Below are positions 14,301 to 23,769 of a stretch of DNA of 64,000 nt, in pieces (position 1 is the stretch's first letter; each line of letters starts with the position of its first letter). Both the position numbers and the translations under genes were made by a program. The stretch lies in the NCBI GenBank assembly GCA_004431415.1, contig QPMI01000590.1:1-64000 (forward strand), given 5' to 3'. This DNA is from Cyanophora paradoxa CCMP329. Its lineage: Eukaryota; Plantae; Glaucophyta. Below the pieces are notes generated by a model. That model saw only the letters and a program-made list of their open reading frames with translations, was not told where the DNA came from and did not search any database.

Positions 14301-14867
14301 GTTGTGAGCGAAGCGGAGCATATAACGAGTCGGGCGCCAAAGACAGGGCGGCACGTACAACGGAACGACGGGAGCTCCAGCTAGGGCGACACCAGCACGG
14401 CCGCCGGGCCAATTCCGAAAAGTGGAACGAGGACGCTAACAACAGCTAAGATGCAGCGGCCGCAATGCCAGGACGTGCGGCCAGAAGGGTATACGCAACA
14501 CCACATAACCGGGTACACCAACGCCAAGTAGTCGATCGCGAGCGATCGCGAACGTCCGACGTCGACGTCGACTGCCGATCGAGACAAGTCAACTAGGACC
14601 CCAAGCAAAGACCCGATCTCGGAGACTTCAAAAATCATGTACCCCCCCAGAATCTCATAACAATAGTACATAGGTCGCAGAGCTTTTAACAATGGGCCGT
14701 ACAATTGCAGACCTTTACAACTCGAAAGTCCGACAGGTACTCCTTAAACGTCATTGGATGGAAGCAGGTACTACTCGATTGACGGGTCACGAGTCGGCAG
14801 TATAGCCTCTGGTCTCTTCTTCCCTTCGGTCAGAATTGAGACCCGAGGCTGATTATAAAATTAGTGA

Positions 14868-15046
14868 GTGATTTCAAGCACGAATTAACGTGGTTTCAAG
14901 CACGAATTAGTGGTTTAAAGCACGAATTAGTGGTTTAAAGCACGAATTAGTGATTTCAAGCACGAATTAGTGATTTCAAGCACGAATTAGTGATTTCAAG
15001 CACGAATTAGTGATTTCAAGCACGAATTAACGTGGTTTAAAGCACG
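14868..15046. repeat. 20-bp tandem array GTG(A/G)TTT(C/A)AAGCACGAATTA, 9 copies
   Basis: Copies start at 14868, 14890, 14910, 14930, 14950, 14970, 14990, 15010 and 15032. There are no spacers. Confidence 0.97.
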
Positions 15047-15199
15047 ATTTAATCTAACCAATCAAAAATCGCTCCGCAATGTAAAAAAGTCGGAGCCGGC
15101 GGGGACCCAGCATCGTGTTAATAACGCGATCGCGAAGTTCAGCGCTAGCGCTCGATATCGATGCATGCGCTCCTAGCTAGCCTCTCAGATACCCCCATT

Positions 15200-15395
15200 C
15201 GTGGTAGAAACCACTAACTTAATTATAATTTGTGGTAGAAACCACTAGCTTAATTATAATTCGTGGTAGAAACCACTAACTTAATAACAAAGAGATTTAA
15301 ACTGTTATTTTATAGGTTATTTTATAGGTTATTTTATATGTTATTTTATATGTTATTTTATATGTTATTTAATATGTTATTTAATATGTTATGGA
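15200..15395. repeat. 31-bp repeat x3 (gtggtagaaaccacta...) followed by a 12-bp repeat (gttattttatat-like) x~7
   Basis: Directly visible tandem units. The 31-mer contains the dyad GTGGT-agaa-ACCAC. Confidence 0.93.
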
Positions 15396-15636
15396 TAATT
15401 GTTGGGGGTATAGTGTATCTGTTATGGATAATGTTGATAAGTTTCGTCGAAGTTTCGGTATTTCGATTGTCGGCATCTTCAAACGCTCGTATTTCATTAC
15501 CAGATTACGAACTCGCAACGTTCTGCATAGCGTTGTGAAGCGCTTGATAAGCTCTACAAGACTATGTGTATATCATGGGCATATATGTATATGACACATA
15601 CATATATTTGGAAAAAACGAGTTTTCGGCTATGAAA

Positions 15637-17022
15637 CTAGCTAGTTTTGGTCCTTTCTCTTAGTGTTCTTTGAGGTTTAGGGGCTGTATATGACTCCTTA
15701 TTAGTCTGAAAGTCATTATACCATCTCTGGCTATTTACCTCAGAAAGTTTCTGTGTCCCTGCTATAGTGAGCTTTTTGAGTTCCCTATTAACCTTGCCAG
15801 TCTTCTCCTTTCTAGCCTGTATCAAAGGCTTATCTGGGACTTCATTAGCAGCTTCTATGCCTTCTCTCCTTATAGCAGCATCAACCCTGGCTTCCTCCTT
15901 GGCTTGCTCTAAGGCATCCACTGTAGGGGTTTCTAGATATTCAACTGCATTCACAGGCAACAGCTCATGGAAAGCAAACCTGTTATCTATGATCTCACCA
16001 GTGGGACTCCTTAGCTTAAACTTAAAGCCTTCCCTACTATCAACAGTGTAAACCATCCTAGACCAATTGTTACCCTGTTTAGCAAAGGGGTTCTTCTCAA
16101 CTTTCACTCTAACAAACATGCCAGGCTGCATGGTATCAAGGTAAGCTATTGATTTCTTGAATCTTTCATCTTCTAATCCCACTATATACCTATAATGCTC
16201 CTCTGTAGTTTCGCCTGGCTTCATCTTAGTAGCTGAGTGAACTGTATTATTATAATTATACTCAATATCACCTAACACATCAAAGAATCTAGCTGTGTTA
16301 TTAGCTATGCAATAGTTTGTGATCAGTCTCTTAATCTGCTTGTTAAAGGCTTCAATTCGACCTTGGCTTCTATGGTCAGCAGTTCCACTCACTTGGTGTT
16401 CTATGAATTTACTCGATAAATACTCCTGGAATATTCGATTTTGGAATTCACTCCCAGCATCTGATTGAACTTTTACTATGGGTCTTGCCACTCTCATTTC
16501 AAGCTGTTTAAATGCAGCTAATGTAGTGAGAGCTGATTTATCCCTTATAGGTATGATATACCCAGTTCTCAGTGTAGATTCCATTGCAGTCATAAAGGTA
16601 TCATAGCCATTGTTTTGTTTCTTATAAGCTGGGAAAAAGAGCAAATCAATCACATAGGTATCAAGGGGTTGCCTAATTGGGACCATGGGATCTCTCTTCC
16701 TAGATATAGCAGGTGCATTGATCTGAACAACTTCTTGTTTTTTATAGAACTCTTGCAACTGCTTATAGGATTCATCAGGTAACTCAGCCCTCATAGCTTG
16801 AAGCCCTTTGTAACCAGTTCTCACATCATAGAATCTCTTGGCAATCTTGCTGGTTTCTTTCACTGCAATAGCAACTGGGATCTCTACTGGGACAAGCTCT
16901 TTCATCTCTGACTTTTTTACAATTCGAGATTCTCCCTTTTCCTCCTTGGGAACTGTGATAGGCAGTAGGTTACCTTGTAGTTGCTCAGTGGTTCTCCTAA
17001 CTATTCTTCCAGTTGCTGGCAT
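15637..17022 (-). CDS. Retroviral-type (rve) DDE integrase, Polinton/PLV type
   Basis: Catalytic D (YVIDL), D (QSDAGSEF) and E (RIEAFNK), followed by YNNTVHSATKMKP, GMFVRV, FAKQGNNWS and FHELL, which are typical of Polinton integrases. No C-terminal chromodomain is seen. Confidence 0.95.
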   Translation of the reverse strand: MPATGRIVRRTTEQLQGNLLPITVPKEEKGESRIVKKSEMKELVPVEIPVAIAVKETSKIAKRFYDVRTGYKGLQAMRAELPDESYKQLQEFYKKQEVVQINAPAISRKRDPMVPIRQPLDTYVIDLLFFPAYKKQNNGYDTFMTAMESTLRTGYIIPIRDKSALTTLAAFKQLEMRVARPIVKVQSDAGSEFQNRIFQEYLSSKFIEHQVSGTADHRSQGRIEAFNKQIKRLITNYCIANNTARFFDVLGDIEYNYNNTVHSATKMKPGETTEEHYRYIVGLEDERFKKSIAYLDTMQPGMFVRVKVEKNPFAKQGNNWSRMVYTVDSREGFKFKLRSPTGEIIDNRFAFHELLPVNAVEYLETPTVDALEQAKEEARVDAAIRREGIEAANEVPDKPLIQARKEKTGKVNRELKKLTIAGTQKLSEVNSQRWYNDFQTNKESYTAPKPQRTLRERTKTS

Positions 17023-17025
17023 CTC

Positions 17026-19734
17026 TTAATTAAAAGGAACAGAATTAATACCATCTGGTAAGATGTATCTCTTTGCATCAAAGCAGTTTAGGGCAACCCT
17101 TCTACTCACAGTGTCTATTATTGTGTGATCTGCCCTTCTTTTCTGCTTTGCAGTCACAGTCTTGCTGATACCTGCAAATAAACACTGTTTAAAATCATTA
17201 AATTGGAGTTCCTCAGTTGAAGTCCCAGAGAGCTTACTCCTCTCAATCTCAGCAGTTCTGAAACTGTAAACTTTAGCTCTCAGACCCACATACTCCAATA
17301 TAGCAGAACCTGGCATCTCATTTTTGTATTTACCTGGGGTCATTCTGGAATCACCTCCAAGGTCTAATGCATAGGATATATTCTCTATATCTTTTTGTAA
17401 GGTCTTAGATTCAATATATAGACAGAAGGAGTCAGTATCATGGAATAGTAACTTTGCTTTTGTCCATTGGGACCTTACAGTATCATAGAAGAACTGGTAA
17501 TTATGCAGTTTGGCTGCATCCAAAACATAAGCCCCAATTGCAACAGGCTTATCTAGTTTCACATGCTTTGTGTAAAACTCAAAAGCAACTGCTTTTTCGT
17601 TTATGGGACTTGTTGATTTCACCAATGGAGAAGCTGCATATTTCATAAATAGCTTCTCAGTATTAGCAATCTTTACCACAGATCTACCTCTACATGATTC
17701 AATGCATTTCCCATAGATTGAATTATTCATCAGTTTATAGAAATCAGCCTCGAATTTATTCACTGCTTTCCTTCTCATCTCAGTGTTCAGCTCAATATAA
17801 GATTTCATTACAGGAGCCACAGTAAATGATAGGACCCTGTGAATTTTCTTTAATTTCACCCCTTTGTCCAACAGATACTGTAGAAGAGGCTCAGAAATCA
17901 CATAGTTGGTCACAGAACCAAAGGTTGCAGTTAGCTTAGGGGTCTTATCAAGCTCTTCTCCTGAAAGATCCAACAGGCTCTTTTGATATTGTGATAATTC
18001 GGCATATTCTACTATTTTCTTGTTAATAATTAGGGGGAAATCACTGTGATCTAGAAACAGCCTAATTGGGTAATCCAGATCAACTTCTAGGAAACTGGAT
18101 CTGTTATCTTGTGGGTTGAATTCGGTCTCCCATCTAAAATCACCAACTGGAATTGGCTGACTCAAACAGTAGCCATACAAGTTGTTAGCATCAAACAGCA
18201 TTATATGGGAGTTCTCACCATCAGCCTCAGCATACCTACAAGGCATTGTTGCAAAGCCACCCCTGATTCCCCTCTCAACAAATTCGTATTGCTCTACATC
18301 ACTTATAAGCTCTATTTTTGCCTTGGTGGTCCTAAGCATAGCATCCCAAGATAACCCAGGTGCAGATACATAATGAACTGGGTCAAGTCCATATACTGAG
18401 TGTGAAAGCCTTCTAAAAGCCTGGAATTTGCTCATTAACTCATCTACATCAGCAGCCCCAAAGTCCATAAAATTACTTGCATCAATGAACTTGTAAAGAC
18501 CCCATTGCAATGAAAGGTATTGATCAAAGTTTTTCGAAAGGATTTCGATTCGCTTTTTATCACCCATGCCTGCTATTTTTCTGAAAATGAATGTCCCACA
18601 GTCATCCATTTGGTCAACAACCACTGCTACTTTTGTTTGCTTTGAGATTCTCCTATGGAGATTGCAGTTTCTGCATGCAGGTGCAATGTAATTACCTGTG
18701 TGGTGATCATGATCCCTGCATTTGAAGTTTTCCTTGGTGAACCTCTCACTGCAAAGGTAACAGTGTTTAGTAGCCCTGTAAACAGCCTTTTGCTCATCTG
18801 TGAGTTCATTCATGGGAATATTGGTAAACAGGAAGTCAATTAGCTCTCTTGCTTTGGATTCCAAGCATTCAAACAGACCTCCCATTGGATCCTGACCCTC
18901 AAATCGAAACTCCTGAACATCTGCCCCAGTGACTATTCTAATGTTGACTGCTGAGACTTCCCTCTTGGATTTCGATGCATCAATGGGGATGCTTCTATGT
19001 TCAATCTTGCAGTAAACCACAACAGGAAGCCAGACAGTTTTCCTGAGGGTTTTCAGTCCAAACTCTATTGTGGTGTCAGGCTTAGGGGTGATTCCCTTTG
19101 AGAGTCTCCAATCAATGCATCTATTTGAGTCCACATGAGCAGTGAGTTTAGCCTCAGACCTGAATCGAGATAAGCATGTGTCACAGTAGTGTAACTTTTG
19201 ATCATTGTATGTTTCATGGTTTACTTTCAATAGCCTTGAAAGGGACATGATTGTAATATAGTGACCATTCCCTTCATCATCTTGGATCAGCATGAGATTA
19301 ACCTTATGCTTTCTGCCTGGGTTACTGGATTGATGCAGGGGATAAATAACCTCTCCATCGATTCCGAATATATTAATGCTAATGTCTGCATTTTGAGCCT
19401 CGAATTTATCAATAATCTCAGCATCACAGGCAACAGGGAATGGGATGTTATCGAAATTCAGAGCCAGCGGATTATAAGCGATTGCTGAGTATTTCCATTT
19501 GCGATATTGTGAAAGCTCATTCCTCTTATGGGAGTTTATCGCTTTTCTGTGAATATATGCCAAAATTGCATTTTCGAAGCAGGAATCATCAATATTTCGA
19601 ATATTCACTGTGGCTCTCTTCCTAGCAATCCACTCTGGGGTTTGTAGAAAGCATCCACCAGTTGGAGCATAACTCATTATAGCAACTCTGAGTATTTCGA
19701 TTCTTTCCAAGCGATAGCTATCAACCACATTCAT
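17026..19734 (-). CDS. Polinton-type family B DNA polymerase with Zn finger and endonuclease VII insert; exonuclease motifs degenerate
   Basis: Polymerase motifs IRGG, FDANNLYG, KLMNNSIYGK, HDTDS and GLRAKVYS; YGLDPVHYVSAPGLSWDAML; endonuclease VII CYLC...RDHDHHTGNYIAPACRNCN; Zn finger CDTC...AH. Confidence 0.93.
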   Translation of the reverse strand: MNVVDSYRLERIEILRVAIMSYAPTGGCFLQTPEWIARKRATVNIRNIDDSCFENAILAYIHRKAINSHKRNELSQYRKWKYSAIAYNPLALNFDNIPFPVACDAEIIDKFEAQNADISINIFGIDGEVIYPLHQSSNPGRKHKVNLMLIQDDEGNGHYITIMSLSRLLKVNHETYNDQKLHYCDTCLSRFRSEAKLTAHVDSNRCIDWRLSKGITPKPDTTIEFGLKTLRKTVWLPVVVYCKIEHRSIPIDASKSKREVSAVNIRIVTGADVQEFRFEGQDPMGGLFECLESKARELIDFLFTNIPMNELTDEQKAVYRATKHCYLCSERFTKENFKCRDHDHHTGNYIAPACRNCNLHRRISKQTKVAVVVDQMDDCGTFIFRKIAGMGDKKRIEILSKNFDQYLSLQWGLYKFIDASNFMDFGAADVDELMSKFQAFRRLSHSVYGLDPVHYVSAPGLSWDAMLRTTKAKIELISDVEQYEFVERGIRGGFATMPCRYAEADGENSHIMLFDANNLYGYCLSQPIPVGDFRWETEFNPQDNRSSFLEVDLDYPIRLFLDHSDFPLIINKKIVEYAELSQYQKSLLDLSGEELDKTPKLTATFGSVTNYVISEPLLQYLLDKGVKLKKIHRVLSFTVAPVMKSYIELNTEMRRKAVNKFEADFYKLMNNSIYGKCIESCRGRSVVKIANTEKLFMKYAASPLVKSTSPINEKAVAFEFYTKHVKLDKPVAIGAYVLDAAKLHNYQFFYDTVRSQWTKAKLLFHDTDSFCLYIESKTLQKDIENISYALDLGGDSRMTPGKYKNEMPGSAILEYVGLRAKVYSFRTAEIERSKLSGTSTEELQFNDFKQCLFAGISKTVTAKQKRRADHTIIDTVSRRVALNCFDAKRYILPDGINSVPFN

Positions 19735-19740
19735 CTGCTC

Positions 19741-21786
19741 TTAAGCCTCGAAAATTAAGCCTCGATCCACAAGCCACTTAGTGAACATAAGGATGATTGG
19801 AGCGCACACCTGCTGGGCTAAATAGTATTTATTTGTAAGGGGTCTATCAGCAATCCAGTTCACATCCTCACATTCAACTTTGGTTCTCAAATAGTGGGCA
19901 ATGTTTCGAATATTGCAGTGATCATTAAGCCATTTTACAAGTGGAAGGAAGTATGACCTATCCTTTGCGAATTTCTTACTAACTTCAACAACCACAAATC
20001 GCCTATCTCCAGCTTCAATTTTAACTGGAATGTTGTTATTGCTGGTGAATATAATCCTGGCAAAGTTGCTTTTTGTGTATGAATCTATCCCTTTGTGTTC
20101 AATAACAATCTTATCAGAAGTAATGAGATCTTTAAGCATATCATTATTTTTCGAATGTGTCCTTGCCTGAGGCTTCATTCACAACAATCAAGATCTTATC
20201 CTCTCTATTGTGGGCAAATCGACCAAACAGATCCTCTTTTGGCTTACCAGTTGCATAACTCAGGGCATCTCCAAGTATCTTCTTTTGGAAAGTATCAACC
20301 AACACATTCTTACCAGTTCCCTGTTCACCAATGAAGATTAAGGATACTCCATTGAGTTCCCCAGGCTTTTGCAGCATGTGGGCAAACCATTTCAACAGAT
20401 ATTCATAGGTATTTTGATCCTCACCAGACATTAAGAACAAGTGATCAAGGAAAGGCTTAATCATCTCAGCAGTTACATCCTCTGGAGCATTTTCGAATTG
20501 CTGATGGTCGACCTTCATTCCTGGATAGAGATTAAATACAGACTTGCATTTTGCACTGAGAGTAGCAGGAGGTGGGAGGAAATCCATGTAAGTTGATCTT
20601 GTGGCTGTTGGATCCACAATCCATTTCCTAAATGATTGCTCCCATTTCTCTTTCTCATTATCTGTCCCTCATTCACAATCACCTTATGCATCAAGTGGGG
20701 GAAATGCTTTGTAGACAGTTTTCCAATGTCTTTGGGCATCCAGCAAAGTAGTTGTTCATCCCAGAGCATCACACAACCAACATTTTCAACATGATGCATG
20801 CGAGCATTGAAATACCTCTTATGCACATTGTAATGTTCAGCCAAAGGAGGGATACTTGCAGTCTTGTAATCGATTTCATCTGTGTCCTCTGGTAGGAATG
20901 CATACTTTTTGGGGAAGAGTTCCTTGAAAAGCTCATTGTTATCTTTGCTCAACCAATAAACCAAGGATTTGAAGGTCAACACTTTGCCAGGCTCAGCCTT
21001 CTTCTTGCTTCTGCGAAGCTGTGTAAACTTTTCCTGGCATTCATCATAATCATACTTGTCACTCTGTTCTGAGAATTGGTGGAAGAGTTCAGCCTGCATT
21101 TTAGGGGTAAATTTGTTGTCTTCCCCAACATTGATGATGACCAGTCCAACATCAATCCAAGTCTTATACTCATTAGCTCTCTCACCATTCAGACCCATTA
21201 TAACACTTTGTAGCAGTTCGAAAGTAACAGGATTTTCGGGTTCAGTGTCTTTTTCAGCTTCTACCTTCTCAGTCTTCACTTTATCACTTTTTGGCTCCTT
21301 TTTAACTGGTTTTGGCTCAGGAGTATAATTTGCAAATGCAGAAATATTTGATTCATCCACAAGTTTAGTAGTAGCTGAGAAGTAAGATACAAAGAAGTCC
21401 TCATTTCGCATTAACACTTTGTCACAGTCAACGAATTTCTTAAAGCAAACGTTTTTATCAACATCTTTTTTCGACTTATTTTGAGCATCCAGAGTCTCAC
21501 CTTTGCAGCAATTGAGGCAGATTAGGTTCTGTGTGGAGCTGTAAACTCCACTGTCATAATCCTCATTTTTCACCAATCCCATCGCTTTGAAAAGCTTGGG
21601 GATATCTTCATGTTTGCATGCAAGCGATTTAATAATAAAGTGGGCTGAAATCTTGAACTTGGTGACATCCTCCTTAATCAAATAAACCCTTCTATGGCGA
21701 ACTGCAACCTTGTTGCGATCACCAATGAGAGTACTAAGGAATGTAGCATTTTCAACAGGGGTGGCGAATTTCTCGATTTTGTTCAT
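19741..21786 (-). pseudogene. Primase (AEP-like) - PriCT-2 - SF3/D5-like helicase, split by two frameshifts (~20660 and ~20150)
   Basis: AEP motifs II/III (KISAHFII, YDSGVY); PriCT-2 (EYKTWIDVG...FSEQSDKYDYDEC); Walker A GEQGTGKN, Walker B IVVNEA, sensor FTSNN and arginine finger GDRRF, spread over three overlapping ORFs. The frameshifts may be assembly errors; the second lies in an A5 run. Confidence 0.88.
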
Positions 21787-22003
21787 TTTCGATTTTGGGG
21801 ACTTCTACCTTTAACGAAGAAAATAATTTCGGAAGGAGGAATTGTCTTTTATATATATCCTATTATTTGCCAAGTCCTTAAGTAGTTTTGGGTCGGGATA
21901 CTGTCTCGATATATAGGTACAGTTTTAAAAAAGAGGGAAGAAAGCTGTCATTTTTTTGCCTCCGATCAAATCGATTTCTACAAAATTTGTTTCGATCGAG
22001 AAT

Positions 22004-22330
22004 TTATTCTTCGATATATTTCCGAGGTCTTCCAACCGGTTTATGCTTTTTGGGTTTCTTGGGCTGTTCATCTTTCTTCTTGTGGTAATATTCCAGCGCT
22101 TTTGCCTTTTTTTGCTCGCGATATTCTTCATTTTCCCTGTATTTCCTCTGGTGTCTGAGGGCAATCTTTTTGAGTTCTTCTGGTGTGTGAACTGTAGCGG
22201 CTCCTTGGGATAATCGTTCCTGCTTCTTTTTATGATAGACTTCGCGTTTTCTTTGGGCATCTTGCTCCCTTTTCAGTCTCAGCTTCTCTGCTTTTTCATC
22301 ATCTGTGAGTATCTTGCGGATATTCGGCAT
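22004..22330 (-). CDS. Small basic DNA-binding protein with C-terminal AT-hook-like motif
   Basis: K/R/E-rich, ends PVGRPRKY, has the AT-rich upstream motif seen before other viral genes, and is paralogous to 22483..22728. Confidence 0.75.
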   Translation of the reverse strand: MPNIRKILTDDEKAEKLRLKREQDAQRKREVYHKKKQERLSQGAATVHTPEELKKIALRHQRKYRENEEYREQKKAKALEYYHKKKDEQPKKPKKHKPVGRPRKYIEE

Positions 22331-22482
22331 TTCTCTTTAATAGTAGATACGAAAATAATTTTTCCTCAATACAATCTATCTACTTTTTCCTTAAGTCATT
22401 TTTTGTTGCGAACACCAGTTCCTGTCTGTAAACTTTTATAGCTGCCTCAGTAGCATACTGAGACCGCTTTTTCTCAATTATC

Positions 22483-22728
22483 TTATAGACCTGGGGGTCC
22501 ATTGCTACTTTCAGTAGGCAAATAATATTTAATTGGTCTACCTCTGGGTCTCTGCTCCTCTTTTTGGGCTTTTCTTCGATAATAGGATGCCAAGGCTTGC
22601 TGCTTTTTATACTCTCTATATTCTGGGTCCTCTCTATATCGTTTCTGCATTGCTAGAATGTGTCTAATAGAACCCTCAGTAACAGGTTCATCACTGGTAA
22701 ACTCGATTAAACTAATAGTGTCCTCCAT
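22483..22728 (-). CDS. Small basic DNA-binding protein with AT-hook-like motif (paralogue of 22004..22330)
   Basis: QKRYREDPEYREYKKQQALASYY...RPRGRPIKY aligns with QRKYRENEEYREQKKAKALEYY...VGRPRKY. Confidence 0.75.
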   Translation of the reverse strand: MEDTISLIEFTSDEPVTEGSIRHILAMQKRYREDPEYREYKKQQALASYYRRKAQKEEQRPRGRPIKYYLPTESSNGPPGL

Positions 22729-22984
22729 TTATATTCCCAGAGAAAACGTTTTCTGCTGGCAGAGAACTTCTCCTTGGATACTCCTGTTGCTCATATGTAT
22801 ACTCTGTGGGGTCTGCTGGCATTGACTCCACAGAAACTGTTGATCTCCTTCTCTCTCTTGCCTCAGATACATTATCCTCAGTATCTGACATCTCAAACTC
22901 TATTGTTGTGTCACAGCATCCACTGTGGCAATTGCTCACCACATGCAGACTGAGCATCTCAATAAACTTTCGTATTATATCCAT
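22712..22984 (-). CDS. Hypothetical small viral protein with NCHSGCC motif
   Basis: ATG-initiated ORF tiling between its neighbours, preceded by the shared upstream motif. Confidence 0.6.
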   Translation of the reverse strand: MDIIRKFIEMLSLHVVSNCHSGCCDTTIEFEMSDTEDNVSEARERRRSTVSVESMPADPTEYTYEQQEYPRRSSLPAENVFSGNINGGHY

Positions 22985-23006
22985 GTCTCTAATAAAACAG
23001 AGAAAA

Positions 23007-23741
23007 TTAAAGCCAAACTCGTCGTTTATATACTGTGGGGGCTACACCTTTTTCGACTTCAGCTTTGGTGGCACCAGGCTCAATAGTTCCCTTCTGGGTC
23101 TTTGTTTTCATTTCATCTACTGCTTGCTCATCGATTTGGTTCTCTTTCTTAGCAATAAACTGTTTATCTGGGACACCAGTAATACCCATTTTATAAACTT
23201 CCTTTCGAAGCATCTCCTTGAGCTTGGCTCTCTCTTTCTTCTCAGTAACATACTGCTCTAAGGCACTGGATTTGGCTTCCAGATCTTTGAGTTTAGCAGT
23301 CATCTCATCCCATTGAGCCTTTGGAATTCGATGAATATTTTGAGTGGGAGCAGTCTTATATGTGACTTCACCAGCCATAGACTGGATTACCTTGTCGGAT
23401 TCCTTACTTAGACCTTCACCTTTACGAGCCAGTGATAGATCTTGCAAGCCTAGACCTTTATCATCAGCAGCACCAATAATTCGCCTGGCACCCTCAGCAA
23501 CAGCTTTCATCTTTGAGGTTTCTGGTGAGATGTTGAGTTGGTCAGCAGTTGAACTTTGTGGGGCTTTGTCATCAACTGATTCTTCATAGGCAGCATTTAG
23601 GGGGTCTTCTTGGGGTTGTGAGGGTTTGATTTCGTTCATACCATTGAATTTCATGGGTTCAGTGTTAATAGATCCACTGTTTCCACCACCTGAATAGCCA
23701 ACAGCCCCAGCTGGGATCCCTATCTTTCGTTTGGGAGGCAT
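23007..23741 (-). CDS. Hypothetical viral protein (MPPKRK start, C-terminal coiled coil)
   Basis: 244-aa ORF tiling the viral gene block, with a charged helical segment. No recognised domain. Confidence 0.75.
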   Translation of the reverse strand: MPPKRKIGIPAGAVGYSGGGNSGSINTEPMKFNGMNEIKPSQPQEDPLNAAYEESVDDKAPQSSTADQLNISPETSKMKAVAEGARRIIGAADDKGLGLQDLSLARKGEGLSKESDKVIQSMAGEVTYKTAPTQNIHRIPKAQWDEMTAKLKDLEAKSSALEQYVTEKKERAKLKEMLRKEVYKMGITGVPDKQFIAKKENQIDEQAVDEMKTKTQKGTIEPGATKAEVEKGVAPTVYKRRVWL

Positions 23742-23769
23742 TGTATCTTTATTAGAATGAGAGATAATT

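Noticed and set aside
14868-15290. CRISPR-like arrays
   Set aside because: Units are directly adjacent with no unique spacers, there are no cas genes, and the context is eukaryotic.
15263-15538. ORF with LFYR/LFYM repeats
   Set aside because: Translation artefact of the 12-bp tandem repeat; non-ATG start.
20140-20670. Programmed ribosomal frameshifts in the primase-helicase
   Set aside because: No clear slippery heptamer with downstream structure. One shift is in a homopolymer run, so sequencing error or decay is more likely.
21925-22260. Alternative-frame ORF overlapping the AT-hook gene
   Set aside because: The 22004..22330 frame has the paralogue match and upstream motif; this one has neither.
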